Assembly (NCBI GenBank): GCA_041565075.1
Contig: JBFGOQ010000004.1
Location: forward strand, 9,018 to 73,017
Origin: Gammaproteobacteria bacterium
Lineage (GTDB): Bacteria; Pseudomonadota; Gammaproteobacteria; Steroidobacterales; JABDLF01
Length of the DNA stretch: 64,000 nucleotides
Reading direction: 5' to 3'
The notes beneath the pieces are model-generated. The model was not told where the DNA came from. It made no database searches and worked only from the letters and a program-made list of their open reading frames with translations. Positions within the stretch are counted from its first letter, which is position 1; every line of letters begins with the position of its first letter. Shown piece by piece: positions 1 through 8,503 of this stretch. The position numbers and the translations under genes are program-made.

Positions 1-676
1 GACCGAAATAATAGCTGTTGACAATGCCGACATCACATTGCCCGGCCACCATCGCCTGCATCAGCGAAGTGTCGTTGGAGAAAACTTCGGTGGCCAGGTT
101 TGCCACCCAACCCCTGACAATTTCTTCTGCGCGAGCCGCACCTTCCTGGGCTATCAGCATTGCCACCAGCGACTGGTTGTAAACCTTGCGCGACGTCCTC
201 AGGCAGAGCCGCCCGCGCCACTGTTCCCCGGCGAGATCCGCGTAGCTCGAAAGCTGATCTTGCGACACGCGTTGGCTGCTGTAGACGATGGTCCGGGCGC
301 GCAAGGACAATCCAAACCATCTGTCCTGGTCATCACGCAGATGCGCCGGAATATTGCGTTTCAATACAGCCGAGTCCACTGCTTTTAAAAGGCCATCGCT
401 GGCGGCGTGCCAGAGGTTGCCGGCATCCACCGTCAACAGAATATCGGCCGGCGTGTTCTCACCTTCCGCGCGCAAACGTTCAACCAGAGGGCCGGCAGAA
501 TCCGTTATGAAACTTATATTCACGTTTGTCTCGGCGGTGTAGCGCTCGAAAACCGGTTTGATCAACTCTTCGTTGCGAGAGGAATAAACCACCAGTGTGT
601 CATCGGGCGGGGCACAGCCCGCCACCACCGCAAGTAGCACTGGCAGCAGCAGAATTATTCTTACAGGCGATTTCAT
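1..676 (-). CDS. Fe(3+) ABC transporter substrate-binding lipoprotein (FutA/FbpA/IdiA-like); 3' end runs off the window
   Basis: Not in the ORF track. Manual translation from ATG 676: MKSPVRIILLLPVLLAVVAGC (lipobox) ...LVVYSSRNEELIKPVFERY...EGENTPADILLTVDAGNLW...GLSLRARTIVY...YNQSLVA...CDVGIVNSYY, typical of FutA/FbpA. Fur-like box upstream. Confidence 0.88.
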   Translation of the reverse strand, partial: MKSPVRIILLLPVLLAVVAGCAPPDDTLVVYSSRNEELIKPVFERYTAETNVNISFITDSAGPLVERLRAEGENTPADILLTVDAGNLWHAASDGLLKAVDSAVLKRNIPAHLRDDQDRWFGLSLRARTIVYSSQRVSQDQLSSYADLAGEQWRGRLCLRTSRKVYNQSLVAMLIAQEGAARAEEIVRGWVANLATEVFSNDTSLMQAMVAGQCDVGIVNSYYFG

Positions 677-743
677 CAGCTGGTTCCTTGCACCCGGATT
701 CCGGCCCGGGCAGGCGCATGGCCCCCGAGTAGGGCCGGATTCT

Positions 744-764
744 AAATGAGAATGTATCTCATTT
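744..764. promoter_or_regulatory. Fur-box-like inverted repeat
   Basis: AAATGAGA-ATGTA-TCTCATTT: perfect 8-bp inverted repeat resembling the Fur consensus, about 70 bp upstream of an iron-binding protein gene. Confidence 0.75.
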
Positions 765-826
765 GCGTTGTGGGGGGAAGTGCCGGGCTAGCGAGATTTA
801 ACATAGCGCGGTAAGGTTAAGCTGCT

Positions 827-1024
827 ATGGCCGAAGTACTTATCGAAGAAAAAGATTTCATGTGTCCCTGTTGCGGCACCATCATATCGATGCTGCTGGA
901 ACTGGGCCACGGCGGCCAGCGTTATATCGAGGATTGCGAAATCTGCTGCAATCCCATCACCATCAGTTACCAGGTCGATGACATCGGCCTCTCCGATTTC
1001 AACGCTAAACCTGCACAGCGCTAG
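827..1024 (+). CDS. CPXCG-motif cysteine-rich small protein
   Basis: 65 aa, CPCCG...YIEDCEICCNPI pattern; its TAG overlaps the GTG of the next gene. Confidence 0.8.
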   Translation: MAEVLIEEKDFMCPCCGTIISMLLELGHGGQRYIEDCEICCNPITISYQVDDIGLSDFNAKPAQR

Positions 1025-1461
1025 TGGGCCAGGATCCGGCCTTGACCGTCAGCAAGACCCTCAGTCTTGCCCCTGAAGAAATACGCATCACTTATATTCA
1101 TGCTTCCGGTCCCGGGGGGCAGAACGTCAACAAGGTTGCAAGCGCAGCCCAATTGCGATTCTCGGTCGACGACTCGCCGTCGCTGCCCGATGAGCTCAAA
1201 GACCGGCTCAGAAAAATTGCCGGACGTCGTATCAACCGCAATGGCGAGCTGATCATCACTGCCCGCCGCTTCCGCAGCCAGGCGCGTAATCGCGATGATG
1301 CCCTGCGGCGACTCGTGACGCTGGTCAGGCGCGCGGCGCGGCCACCAAAGACACGAGTCGCGACGCGGCCCAGCAAGGCCTCCAAACAGCGGCGCCTGGA
1401 TGCCAAAACCCGGCGCGGCCGACTGAAATCATCACGCCGCAAGCCGGACAGCTTCGACTAG
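1024..1461 (+). CDS. arfB: Alternative ribosome-rescue peptidyl-tRNA hydrolase ArfB (YaeJ)
   Basis: ASGPGGQNVNKV (GGQ motif), RSQARN, and basic tail TRPSKASKQRRLDAK. Confidence 0.92.
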   Translation: MGQDPALTVSKTLSLAPEEIRITYIHASGPGGQNVNKVASAAQLRFSVDDSPSLPDELKDRLRKIAGRRINRNGELIITARRFRSQARNRDDALRRLVTLVRRAARPPKTRVATRPSKASKQRRLDAKTRRGRLKSSRRKPDSFD

Positions 1462-1482
1462 CGAAAAAGGCAGCGCCGGGGC

Positions 1483-2577
1483 TCAGCTCTTGGGCGGGGT
1501 ACGCACCTGGTCGCGGCCATCACTCTTGGCCTGGTATAGCGCCGCATCAGCTTCCTGCAACAGTGCCTCCCCGATCAACTCGGGTTCCGTCTGGTTGCGC
1601 CGTGGCATATCTTCGGCGACGCCGACCGACAGCGTCACGGTCACTGCATTGGTCGGATCCAGGCTAATCGGGGTCCCGGACACGGCGTTGCGGATGCGCT
1701 CCGCCATCTGCACACCCGAGGCCTCATCGGTATGCGGTAACAACACCGCCAGTTCGTCACCGCCAAACCGCGCAGCAACATCGCTGCCGCGAATTTGCCC
1801 CTTTACCCGATACGCTACTTCGCGCAGTACGGTGTCGCCGGCAAGATGCCCATAGCTATCGTTGATGGCCTTGAAGTTATCGATGTCGATGAGCAGGCAA
1901 ACCAGGGACTGGTGATAGCGGCGGGCGAGAATGACTTCTTCGCGCAGGCGACTCTGCAGATAGCGACGGTTGTACCAGCCCGTCAGCACATCCGTCAGAC
2001 CGGCACGAACCAGTTTCTCACGATTGACAGCGTTCTCGAGGCAAAAGGCGGCAATAGCCGCCAGGTGATTCAGAAAATCCGTGGCATGGTGACGGGTAAA
2101 TCTCTGTGGGTCGCTGCTACCGAAATTAATGCTGCCGACCAGCCGCTGCTGGCGCATCAGCGGCAAGATCGCAACGCTTTCCAGGCGAGAGCGTGCCGGA
2201 AGGATCAGTTGATGATCGGCCGTGGAATAAGGACCGAGCCAGGTCTTGCGCAGCGTTGAGAACAGCGGCGTCAAACCGAGCAGGCTGTCTACAAACAGCA
2301 CCGAGCGGATATCGTCGGGCTGCGTGCCGCTGCCTGCAAGCAAGTGGCGGATCTCGTGTTGCGGATCGCACAAGACCAGAGTCACATCGTTCAGCCCGAA
2401 GGAATCGCCCAGCCCACGGGTCATGCTTTCCAGCAAGCCGGCGAGAGTCTCGGCGTTGAGCAGATCGAGCTCACGCATCTGCGAACGGCGCAGGATTGCC
2501 TCGTTGTTGCTGGCCTCTTTGGTCAGTGCCGACATCTGCTCGCGCAGCCGGCGGTTTTCTTCGGCCAGGTCGGTCAT
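1483..2577 (-). CDS. Diguanylate cyclase with N-terminal DUF484/GAF-like domain
   Basis: TDVLTGWYNRR, LIDIDNFKAINDSYGHLAGD, I-site RGSD, active site GGDEL, ADAALYQAK. N-terminal coiled coil plus GAF-like segment. Confidence 0.85.
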   Translation of the reverse strand: MTDLAEENRRLREQMSALTKEASNNEAILRRSQMRELDLLNAETLAGLLESMTRGLGDSFGLNDVTLVLCDPQHEIRHLLAGSGTQPDDIRSVLFVDSLLGLTPLFSTLRKTWLGPYSTADHQLILPARSRLESVAILPLMRQQRLVGSINFGSSDPQRFTRHHATDFLNHLAAIAAFCLENAVNREKLVRAGLTDVLTGWYNRRYLQSRLREEVILARRYHQSLVCLLIDIDNFKAINDSYGHLAGDTVLREVAYRVKGQIRGSDVAARFGGDELAVLLPHTDEASGVQMAERIRNAVSGTPISLDPTNAVTVTLSVGVAEDMPRRNQTEPELIGEALLQEADAALYQAKSDGRDQVRTPPKS

Positions 2578-2770
2578 CGCCCTCACAACCGGATGAGTAA
2601 GCCGTCGCAGGCGTGTATTCCGACTCGGGGGCGACGGCTGGCCCGCGCCCGCGGATTCAAGCCTGCCCGCAGCGGCAAGCCTGCCTCAGCGTTTCATCAC
2701 CCGTCAAGAAAATCGGGCCGCCGCGCAGGGCGGCACGGCAGCCCGGTGCCGGTTGGGATGTAGACCGGCA

Positions 2771-2803
2771 TAAAACCCTCGCGCAGGGGCGCCTGCCCCT
2801 CGC
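2771..2803 (-). terminator. Probable intrinsic terminator of the His/Tyr/Arg-rich gene
   Basis: Minus strand reads GCGAGGGGC-AGGC-GCCCCTGCGC then GAGGGTTTTA, directly after the stop codon. Confidence 0.45.
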
Positions 2804-3255
2804 TAGTCGTCGTAATAGACTTCGTCGGAGCTGTGGTCGTCGCTGCTGCCGTCGTCATCCAGGATCTCGTAAACGAGGCCGCCCAGCACCAGACCGGCCA
2901 CCACGGCCCCGAGGTTCACATCACGACGGCCATGATAATGACCATAGCCATAGCGCGCATGGCGATAAGCACGGTAATGTTTTGGATAACGGTAGTAACG
3001 ATAATGGCGACGCGGATGGGCTCTCGCGAAATGCCGCGGGCGTGCACGATAGTGGCCGCGGCTGTAATGCCGTGCGGGCTTGAAGTAGCGACGGTGGCCC
3101 TGGCGCTTGTAAGCAGCGTGGCCGCCATGGCCCGCCACCTGATAGGCACCGTGCTTTGACACACCGCGCGGTGACTCGGCCATGGCGCTGCCCACGCTGG
3201 CCAGGGCAAGTAAAAAACCCGCCGCAACGGTCAATAACTTATGCTGGTTTCGCAT
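2803..3255 (-). CDS. Secreted His/Tyr/Arg-rich low-complexity hypothetical protein
   Basis: SD GCAGGAG before ATG 3255; signal peptide ending AMA; HYR-rich tract; hydrophobic Gly-rich segment; acidic tail. Confidence 0.7.
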   Translation of the reverse strand: MRNQHKLLTVAAGFLLALASVGSAMAESPRGVSKHGAYQVAGHGGHAAYKRQGHRRYFKPARHYSRGHYRARPRHFARAHPRRHYRYYRYPKHYRAYRHARYGYGHYHGRRDVNLGAVVAGLVLGGLVYEILDDDGSSDDHSSDEVYYDD

Positions 3256-3299
3256 TGTCAGATCTCCTGCATTGTGAGACACACGCTAACCTGACCAGA

Positions 3300-3326
3300 C
3301 TGAACAGAGGCTGAATGAGCCATTAA
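3300..3326. promoter_or_regulatory. Direct repeats at 11-bp period; possible OmpR/PhoB-family binding site
   Basis: CTGAA (3300), CTGAA (3311), ATTAA (3322) in the divergent intergenic region. Confidence 0.4.
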
Positions 3327-3400
3327 GGAACGCAACATGGGCATAACAGCAGGCGATCGGGGCGCCGGTGGCGGCTTGAACCCTGTGCGCCAGGAGCAAC

Positions 3401-5467
3401 ATGGATCGCCAGCGCCAGACTAGATGCCGGTCATGCCTGCTTGGTGTGGCCGCCCTGGTGTATGCCGGCACGGCTGGCGCCCTGGAGCTGGGAGATTTCT
3501 TCGCGGATACGCTGGCGGGTGACGGCTGGCGGGCAGCCGGCATCACCATGCAGGTGTCGCTGGGCAACGATGGCGTGTTTGCAGCCGAAATCCGGGCCAG
3601 CTCCATAAGCCTCCAGGCACCATCCATTGAGCTCAGGGATGTCAGGGCCTCATGCCCGCGGCTGCTCGCCAGCGCCACCGCCCTGAGCTGCCCAAGCGCG
3701 CGGGTAAATCTGCGCGGGCTGCCGCTTGACTCGCCGCGTTTCGAAGCCAGTTGGTCCTACAACCTCGTTTCCGGCGATATGCAGTTTGCAGCCAACCGGG
3801 TGGCCCTCGCCAAGGGCATGTTGCGGGTCACCGGCAGCGTGCGCGCCGGCGGGTGGCAGGCACGGATCGGTGCGCGCGGCCTCAGTATTCCCGAGCTGGC
3901 CAGGGCCGCCGCGCCGTTTGTCGAGTTGCCGGTTCCGGCTGGCTTCGAAGGCAAGCTGGATGCGGATTTTGCGCTGGCCGGGCCCGACAGCCTGGCCAGC
4001 GCCGCCGGCCAAGCCCATGTGTATGCGCTCACCGGCGGCAATGAAGAAGGTACGCTGGCGAGCGATCAGTTGCAGGCGAAGCTGACAATCAAAGCCGCGC
4101 GAAACGCCTCAAAATGGCAGATTGACGCCGCGTTGGAAGACACCGCCGGGCAGGTCTACTTTCACCCGGTATTTGTTGATTTCTCCGCGCACGCACTGGC
4201 CGGCGAAATATCCCTGCTTGCCACCCCCGATGGTGACTGGCCGCTTACCTTTCGTCTGCAGCAATCCGGAATTGGCAGCGCAGCAGGTACGGCCATGCTT
4301 GCCGGCCAAAACTTGCGGCCGCTGGAGCTAGAGTTGCAAATCAATGAAGGACTGCTCCCCGGTGCTTACGAGGTTTACCTGCAGCCTTTCCTGGTTGGTA
4401 CGACAGCAGACAGCCTGGAAACAGTTGGCCGCCTCGAGGCGCGCATCAGGTATCGGGACGGTGCACTCAGGCAATTCCAGGCCAGCCTGCAGGATATTCA
4501 CATGGACGATACGCGCGGGCGCTTCGCGATGTACGGACTGGAGGGCAACATAGACTGGGGCTATGACAGTGCGGGTGACTCGCAGCTGAGCTGGCAGGGC
4601 GGTTACATTTACAACGTCGGGCTGGGTCTTGCCCGGCTCGCATTGAAAACCGGCGGTGGTGAAATCGCGCTGGCGGAAAAGGCGCGTATACCGGTGCTGG
4701 ACGGTATGTTGACGGTGTCGGAATTCAGACTCACTCATCTGAATGCTGCGATCAATCAACTTGAATTCGATGCGGATATCGACAGTATCGGTTTGCGCGC
4801 ACTCACCCGGGCGCTGGGCTGGTCACCGTTTGCCGGCAGCCTCTCGGGTTCCATTCCGCGCATGCGCTTCGCCGACGATGTCATTACAGTGGACGGCGCA
4901 CTGACCGCGCAAGTATTCGATGGCACCGTCACGATAGAAAACCTGCAGGTGCTCGATCCACTTGGCGTGCTGCCCCAGGCGCAGGCTGATGTGCGGTTGC
5001 GCAACCTTGATCTGGCTGCTGTTACCAGCACCTTCAGCTTTGGCAACATGGAAGGCAGGCTGGACGGCGACTTCAAGAAATTGAGGATGCTGGGGTTTTC
5101 TCCGGTTGAATTTGACGCCAGGCTTTACACGACGCCCGGCGATCGATCGCGGCACCGCATCAGTCAGAAAGCGATCGAGAATATTTCCGACCTCGGCGGC
5201 GCAGGTGCCGCCGCTGTGCTGTCGCGCGGCATGCTGCGTTTTTTCGACGCATTCTCCTACGACCAGATCGGCTGGAGCTGCCGGCTGCGAGACGAAGTGT
5301 GCCGCATGGACGGCGTGGCAGCGGCGCCGGGCAACGGCTATTACATCGTCAAGGGCAAAGGACTGCCGCGGATAAATGTCATCGGCTTTTCCCGGCGCGT
5401 GAGCTGGCCATTACTGGTAGAAAAGCTGCGAAATATCAACGCCGAGGGTGTCTCGCGCAGCCCGTGA
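3401..5467 (+). CDS. YdbH-like (AsmA-like superfamily) envelope protein
   Basis: 688 aa, hydrophobic N-terminus, repetitive beta-strand pattern, C-terminal GSLSGSIP...FFDAFSYDQIG...GKGLPRINVIG; directly upstream of a YdbL-family gene. Confidence 0.62.
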   Translation: MDRQRQTRCRSCLLGVAALVYAGTAGALELGDFFADTLAGDGWRAAGITMQVSLGNDGVFAAEIRASSISLQAPSIELRDVRASCPRLLASATALSCPSARVNLRGLPLDSPRFEASWSYNLVSGDMQFAANRVALAKGMLRVTGSVRAGGWQARIGARGLSIPELARAAAPFVELPVPAGFEGKLDADFALAGPDSLASAAGQAHVYALTGGNEEGTLASDQLQAKLTIKAARNASKWQIDAALEDTAGQVYFHPVFVDFSAHALAGEISLLATPDGDWPLTFRLQQSGIGSAAGTAMLAGQNLRPLELELQINEGLLPGAYEVYLQPFLVGTTADSLETVGRLEARIRYRDGALRQFQASLQDIHMDDTRGRFAMYGLEGNIDWGYDSAGDSQLSWQGGYIYNVGLGLARLALKTGGGEIALAEKARIPVLDGMLTVSEFRLTHLNAAINQLEFDADIDSIGLRALTRALGWSPFAGSLSGSIPRMRFADDVITVDGALTAQVFDGTVTIENLQVLDPLGVLPQAQADVRLRNLDLAAVTSTFSFGNMEGRLDGDFKKLRMLGFSPVEFDARLYTTPGDRSRHRISQKAIENISDLGGAGAAAVLSRGMLRFFDAFSYDQIGWSCRLRDEVCRMDGVAAAPGNGYYIVKGKGLPRINVIGFSRRVSWPLLVEKLRNINAEGVSRSP

Positions 5468-5550
5468 TGCCAGCTGGGCTCAAAATACGTTGTGAACCCG
5501 GGGCAAGACTGGCAGTCTCACTCACAAGTCGCCACATGGAGGCCACAATT

Positions 5551-6159
5551 ATGAAAGTCAGCGGATATGCAGCAGTGGCAGGCGGGTTCCTCCTCGCCGC
5601 CTGCGTCACGATCAACGTCTATTTCCCAGCCGCAGCCGCCGAGCAGGCCGCGGACAAAATCATCACTGACGTGCTGGGAGCTGAGCCCCAGGCCAAGCGC
5701 TCACAGAGTGGCGACACGGCCGCACTACGCCAGTCTGTCACGGGCTTTGCCTACGCGGCAGGCAAAGGTTTGCTCGACCTTTTGGTACCGCCGGCACATG
5801 CACAGCAAGCCGACATTGACATTTCCTCACCGGGCGTACGTCGTATCCAGGCTTCCATGAAAGCGCGCAATGCCAGTCTGGAACCGTTTTATGACAACGG
5901 CGCTGTGGGTTTCACCTCTGACGCCATGGTGGCCGTGCGCGATCTCAATGCCGTGGCTTTGCGTGATCGCAACACGGTCAGGCAGCTCGTTGCGGATGAA
6001 AACCGCGACCGCGACGCCTTGTACCGGGAAATAGCGGTCGCCAACGGTCATCCCGAATGGGAAGACGAGATCCGCGCGACTTTTGCGCGGCGCTGGGTAG
6101 CCAAGGCAAGAAGCGGCTGGTTCTACCAGGACGACGGCGGCAACTGGCGGCAGAAATAA
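5551..6159 (+). CDS. YdbL (DUF1318) family lipoprotein with YnbE-like N-terminal segment
   Basis: Lipobox LAAC then VTINVYFPAAAAEQAADKII; C-terminal ENRDRDALYREIA...ARSGWFYQ...W typical of DUF1318. Confidence 0.78.
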   Translation: MKVSGYAAVAGGFLLAACVTINVYFPAAAAEQAADKIITDVLGAEPQAKRSQSGDTAALRQSVTGFAYAAGKGLLDLLVPPAHAQQADIDISSPGVRRIQASMKARNASLEPFYDNGAVGFTSDAMVAVRDLNAVALRDRNTVRQLVADENRDRDALYREIAVANGHPEWEDEIRATFARRWVAKARSGWFYQDDGGNWRQK

Positions 6160-6188
6160 AACCCCCGGACGCGCACGCGAAACAAACC

Positions 6189-6458
6189 ATGACTTCCCTG
6201 TATGTCGGTAACCTGCCTTTTTCGGCAACCGAAGAAGACGTAAGGGCGGTATTCGTCGAATTTGGCGAAGTCTCGAGCGTCAAGCTGATCAGCGACAGGG
6301 AGACAGGTCGTCCACGGGGCTTTGGCTTCGTTGAAATCGCGGATGACGCAGCGGATGCCGCCATAGCGGCAGTCAATGGCAGCCCCATGGATGGGCGCCC
6401 CCTGCGCGTGAGCAAAGCGCAAGACACACCGCGACGCTCACCATTCGGTAAGCGCTGA
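6189..6458 (+). CDS. Single-RRM RNA-binding protein
   Basis: RNP2 LYVGNL and RNP1 RGFGFVE motifs; DRETGRP loop. Confidence 0.92.
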   Translation: MTSLYVGNLPFSATEEDVRAVFVEFGEVSSVKLISDRETGRPRGFGFVEIADDAADAAIAAVNGSPMDGRPLRVSKAQDTPRRSPFGKR

Positions 6459-6505
6459 AGACTCGCCATCAGCACCCGGGTGCACACCCGCACCCGCCGC
6501 ACTAT

Positions 6506-6976
6506 TCAGGCGCGCTCGCTGAAGTAGCCGTGGTCGGCGCCGGCCAGCAGTGACCGGAAGTCCTTGCCACGCATGTGCACGAATTCGCGGTGGTCGCCCG
6601 CCTCGAAGTAGACGTCGTTACAACGCGACAGGCTCATATCGACCAGCACATCGAGACCATAAGGCTCGCCGAATGGCGGCACCGCCCCGACTTCACAATC
6701 ATCGAATAACTCACTGAGGTCCTTTTCTGTTGCCAGGCCAAGATGGCGCTGATAGCAACGGTGCAGAAGACCCAGCTGCACTCGATGAGTGGCCGGCACG
6801 GCTGCCAGCAGGAAACCCTTCTCGTCGGCCAGCACAACGCCTTTTACGACCTTGTCACCGCAAAGATGTGCCGCCGCCGCCGCACGCGAACTGCTCGATG
6901 CATAAGAATGCTCAACCAGCTCGTAATCGACACCTTTCCTGTCAAGGAACTCGCGCAACGTAATCGCTATACCCAT
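6506..6976 (-). CDS. YbaK/ProX-family aminoacyl-tRNA deacylase
   Basis: VVKGVVL (conserved Lys), GAVPPFG, FEAGDH motifs. Confidence 0.85.
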   Translation of the reverse strand: MGIAITLREFLDRKGVDYELVEHSYASSSSRAAAAAHLCGDKVVKGVVLADEKGFLLAAVPATHRVQLGLLHRCYQRHLGLATEKDLSELFDDCEVGAVPPFGEPYGLDVLVDMSLSRCNDVYFEAGDHREFVHMRGKDFRSLLAGADHGYFSERA

Positions 6977-7273
6977 GTCACGCACCCCTCGCCCGTCTCC
7001 GGGTCGCTTGCCTCCTTTTATTTATAGCTCAACCCACCGCCTTTTTCCCCGTTGCAGGCCGGCTCATCCCGCCCCAATGGCGCCGATCGAGGTGTGGCGG
7101 CAAGCCTGCGAAATTGCCAGGCACCCGATTCGGGTCCGCCGTGCGCTGCAACGACGGCGCTGATGCGGCCCGATTGCCTGACAGCACGACGGACAATTCT
7201 TGTGAACCCCACGCTTGCCAGCGCCTGCCTGTTAACGCAGACTTGAGTGGGCAATTTTCGGGTCGAAAGGCAG

Positions 7274-8503
7274 ATGCCTGTGGCAAATGATACGAGCAGT
7301 AGGGTCAAGCTGACGCCAAGGCTTTTGGTGATCGACAGCAGTCCCGAAATGGCTCACCAGATCGCCCGCATTGCAAAGCGAATTGGTTACCAAGCCCATC
7401 CCTGTCGGGACTATGACGATTTTCGACGACGCTATGACTCCGATACCTCGGTCGTCGTTATCGACCTGATGCTGCAAAAACCCGATGGCGTGGAAATTAT
7501 CCGGGCCCTGTCCGGGCGCAAGAGTCCGGCCGGCGTGGTGTTGACCAGCCGCTTCGACCCGCGAGTGCTGGGGGCGGCCGAGCGCCTGGCAAAAGCACAG
7601 GGGCTATGGGTCATCGGTACCCTTACCAAACCATTTTCAGATTCCGTTCTTGAGACGATGCTTGCGGATGTTGAGGAAGCGGCCGTCGAGCGCACCATGC
7701 AGTTCAAGGCCTTCCCGACAATTGAAGACCTGCGCGAGGGCATCAAGCGCGATGAGTTGCGCGTGTATTACCAGCCAAAAATTGATCTCAACGCGCTTAC
7801 TGTGCGCTCGGTAGAAGCGCTGGTCCGCTGGCAGCATCCAGGTCTTGGATTATTGAGCCCCGATCGTTTCATCGAAATGTCCGAAGAAGGAGGCATGATC
7901 AACGCCGTAACCTATGCAGTGATGGAGAAGGCCTTTGCGCAATGCGCCGACTGGCTGACAGGTGGCCTCGACCTCAAAGTATCGATCAACGTTTCGACAC
8001 GGTCGCTCACCGATCTGGAGCTGCCTGACAAGATCATTGAGCTATCTCAGCGACACGGCATAAGCAGCGATCAGATTGTTCTGGAAATCACGGAAAGCTG
8101 GCTCAGCAAAGACCAGGTCGCTGCGCTGGATATTCTGACGCGGCTGCGCATCAAGGGATTCGACCTTTCCATCGACGACTATGGCACCGGTTATTCGACC
8201 ATGCAGCAGCTAAAGGAAATTCCTTTCAGCGAATTGAAGCTCGACCGCAGTTTCGTAACGGATGCCGGCACCAACCCCGATGCCCGCGCCATCGTTGAAT
8301 CGTCCATCAAACTGGGGCACGAGCTGAACCTGCGCGTCGTGGCCGAGGGCGTCGCCAGTCAGGCAGACTGGGACCTGGTCTGCCAGCTTAAATGCGACGA
8401 AGGCCAGGGGTTCTTTATCGCGCGGCCAATGCCGGGACGAGACATGCCGAATTGGCTGGATCGATGGCAGGCCACGCTTGGCAAGACGGTGCAATCAAAA
8501 TGA
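7274..8503 (+). CDS. Response regulator with REC and EAL (c-di-GMP phosphodiesterase) domains
   Basis: REC: VIDLMLQKPDG, LTKPF. EAL: YYQPKI, VEALVRWQHP, SINVS, LEITES, DDYGTGYS, LKLDRSF, AEGV, QGFFIARP. Confidence 0.9.
   Translation: MPVANDTSSRVKLTPRLLVIDSSPEMAHQIARIAKRIGYQAHPCRDYDDFRRRYDSDTSVVVIDLMLQKPDGVEIIRALSGRKSPAGVVLTSRFDPRVLGAAERLAKAQGLWVIGTLTKPFSDSVLETMLADVEEAAVERTMQFKAFPTIEDLREGIKRDELRVYYQPKIDLNALTVRSVEALVRWQHPGLGLLSPDRFIEMSEEGGMINAVTYAVMEKAFAQCADWLTGGLDLKVSINVSTRSLTDLELPDKIIELSQRHGISSDQIVLEITESWLSKDQVAALDILTRLRIKGFDLSIDDYGTGYSTMQQLKEIPFSELKLDRSFVTDAGTNPDARAIVESSIKLGHELNLRVVAEGVASQADWDLVCQLKCDEGQGFFIARPMPGRDMPNWLDRWQATLGKTVQSK

Noticed and set aside
33-637. Short ORFs listed by the track at the window start
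   Set aside because: They overlap the minus-strand Fe(3+)-binding protein gene, which the track missed because it runs off the edge.
1024-6976. arfB, RRM protein and YbaK-family deacylase as a translation quality-control cluster
   Set aside because: Separated by unrelated genes and on different strands; proximity is probably coincidental.
6986-7273. Long intergenic region before the REC-EAL operon, checked for a c-di-GMP riboswitch
   Set aside because: No GEMM-type motifs recognised. An Rfam/Infernal scan would be needed to exclude other RNAs.
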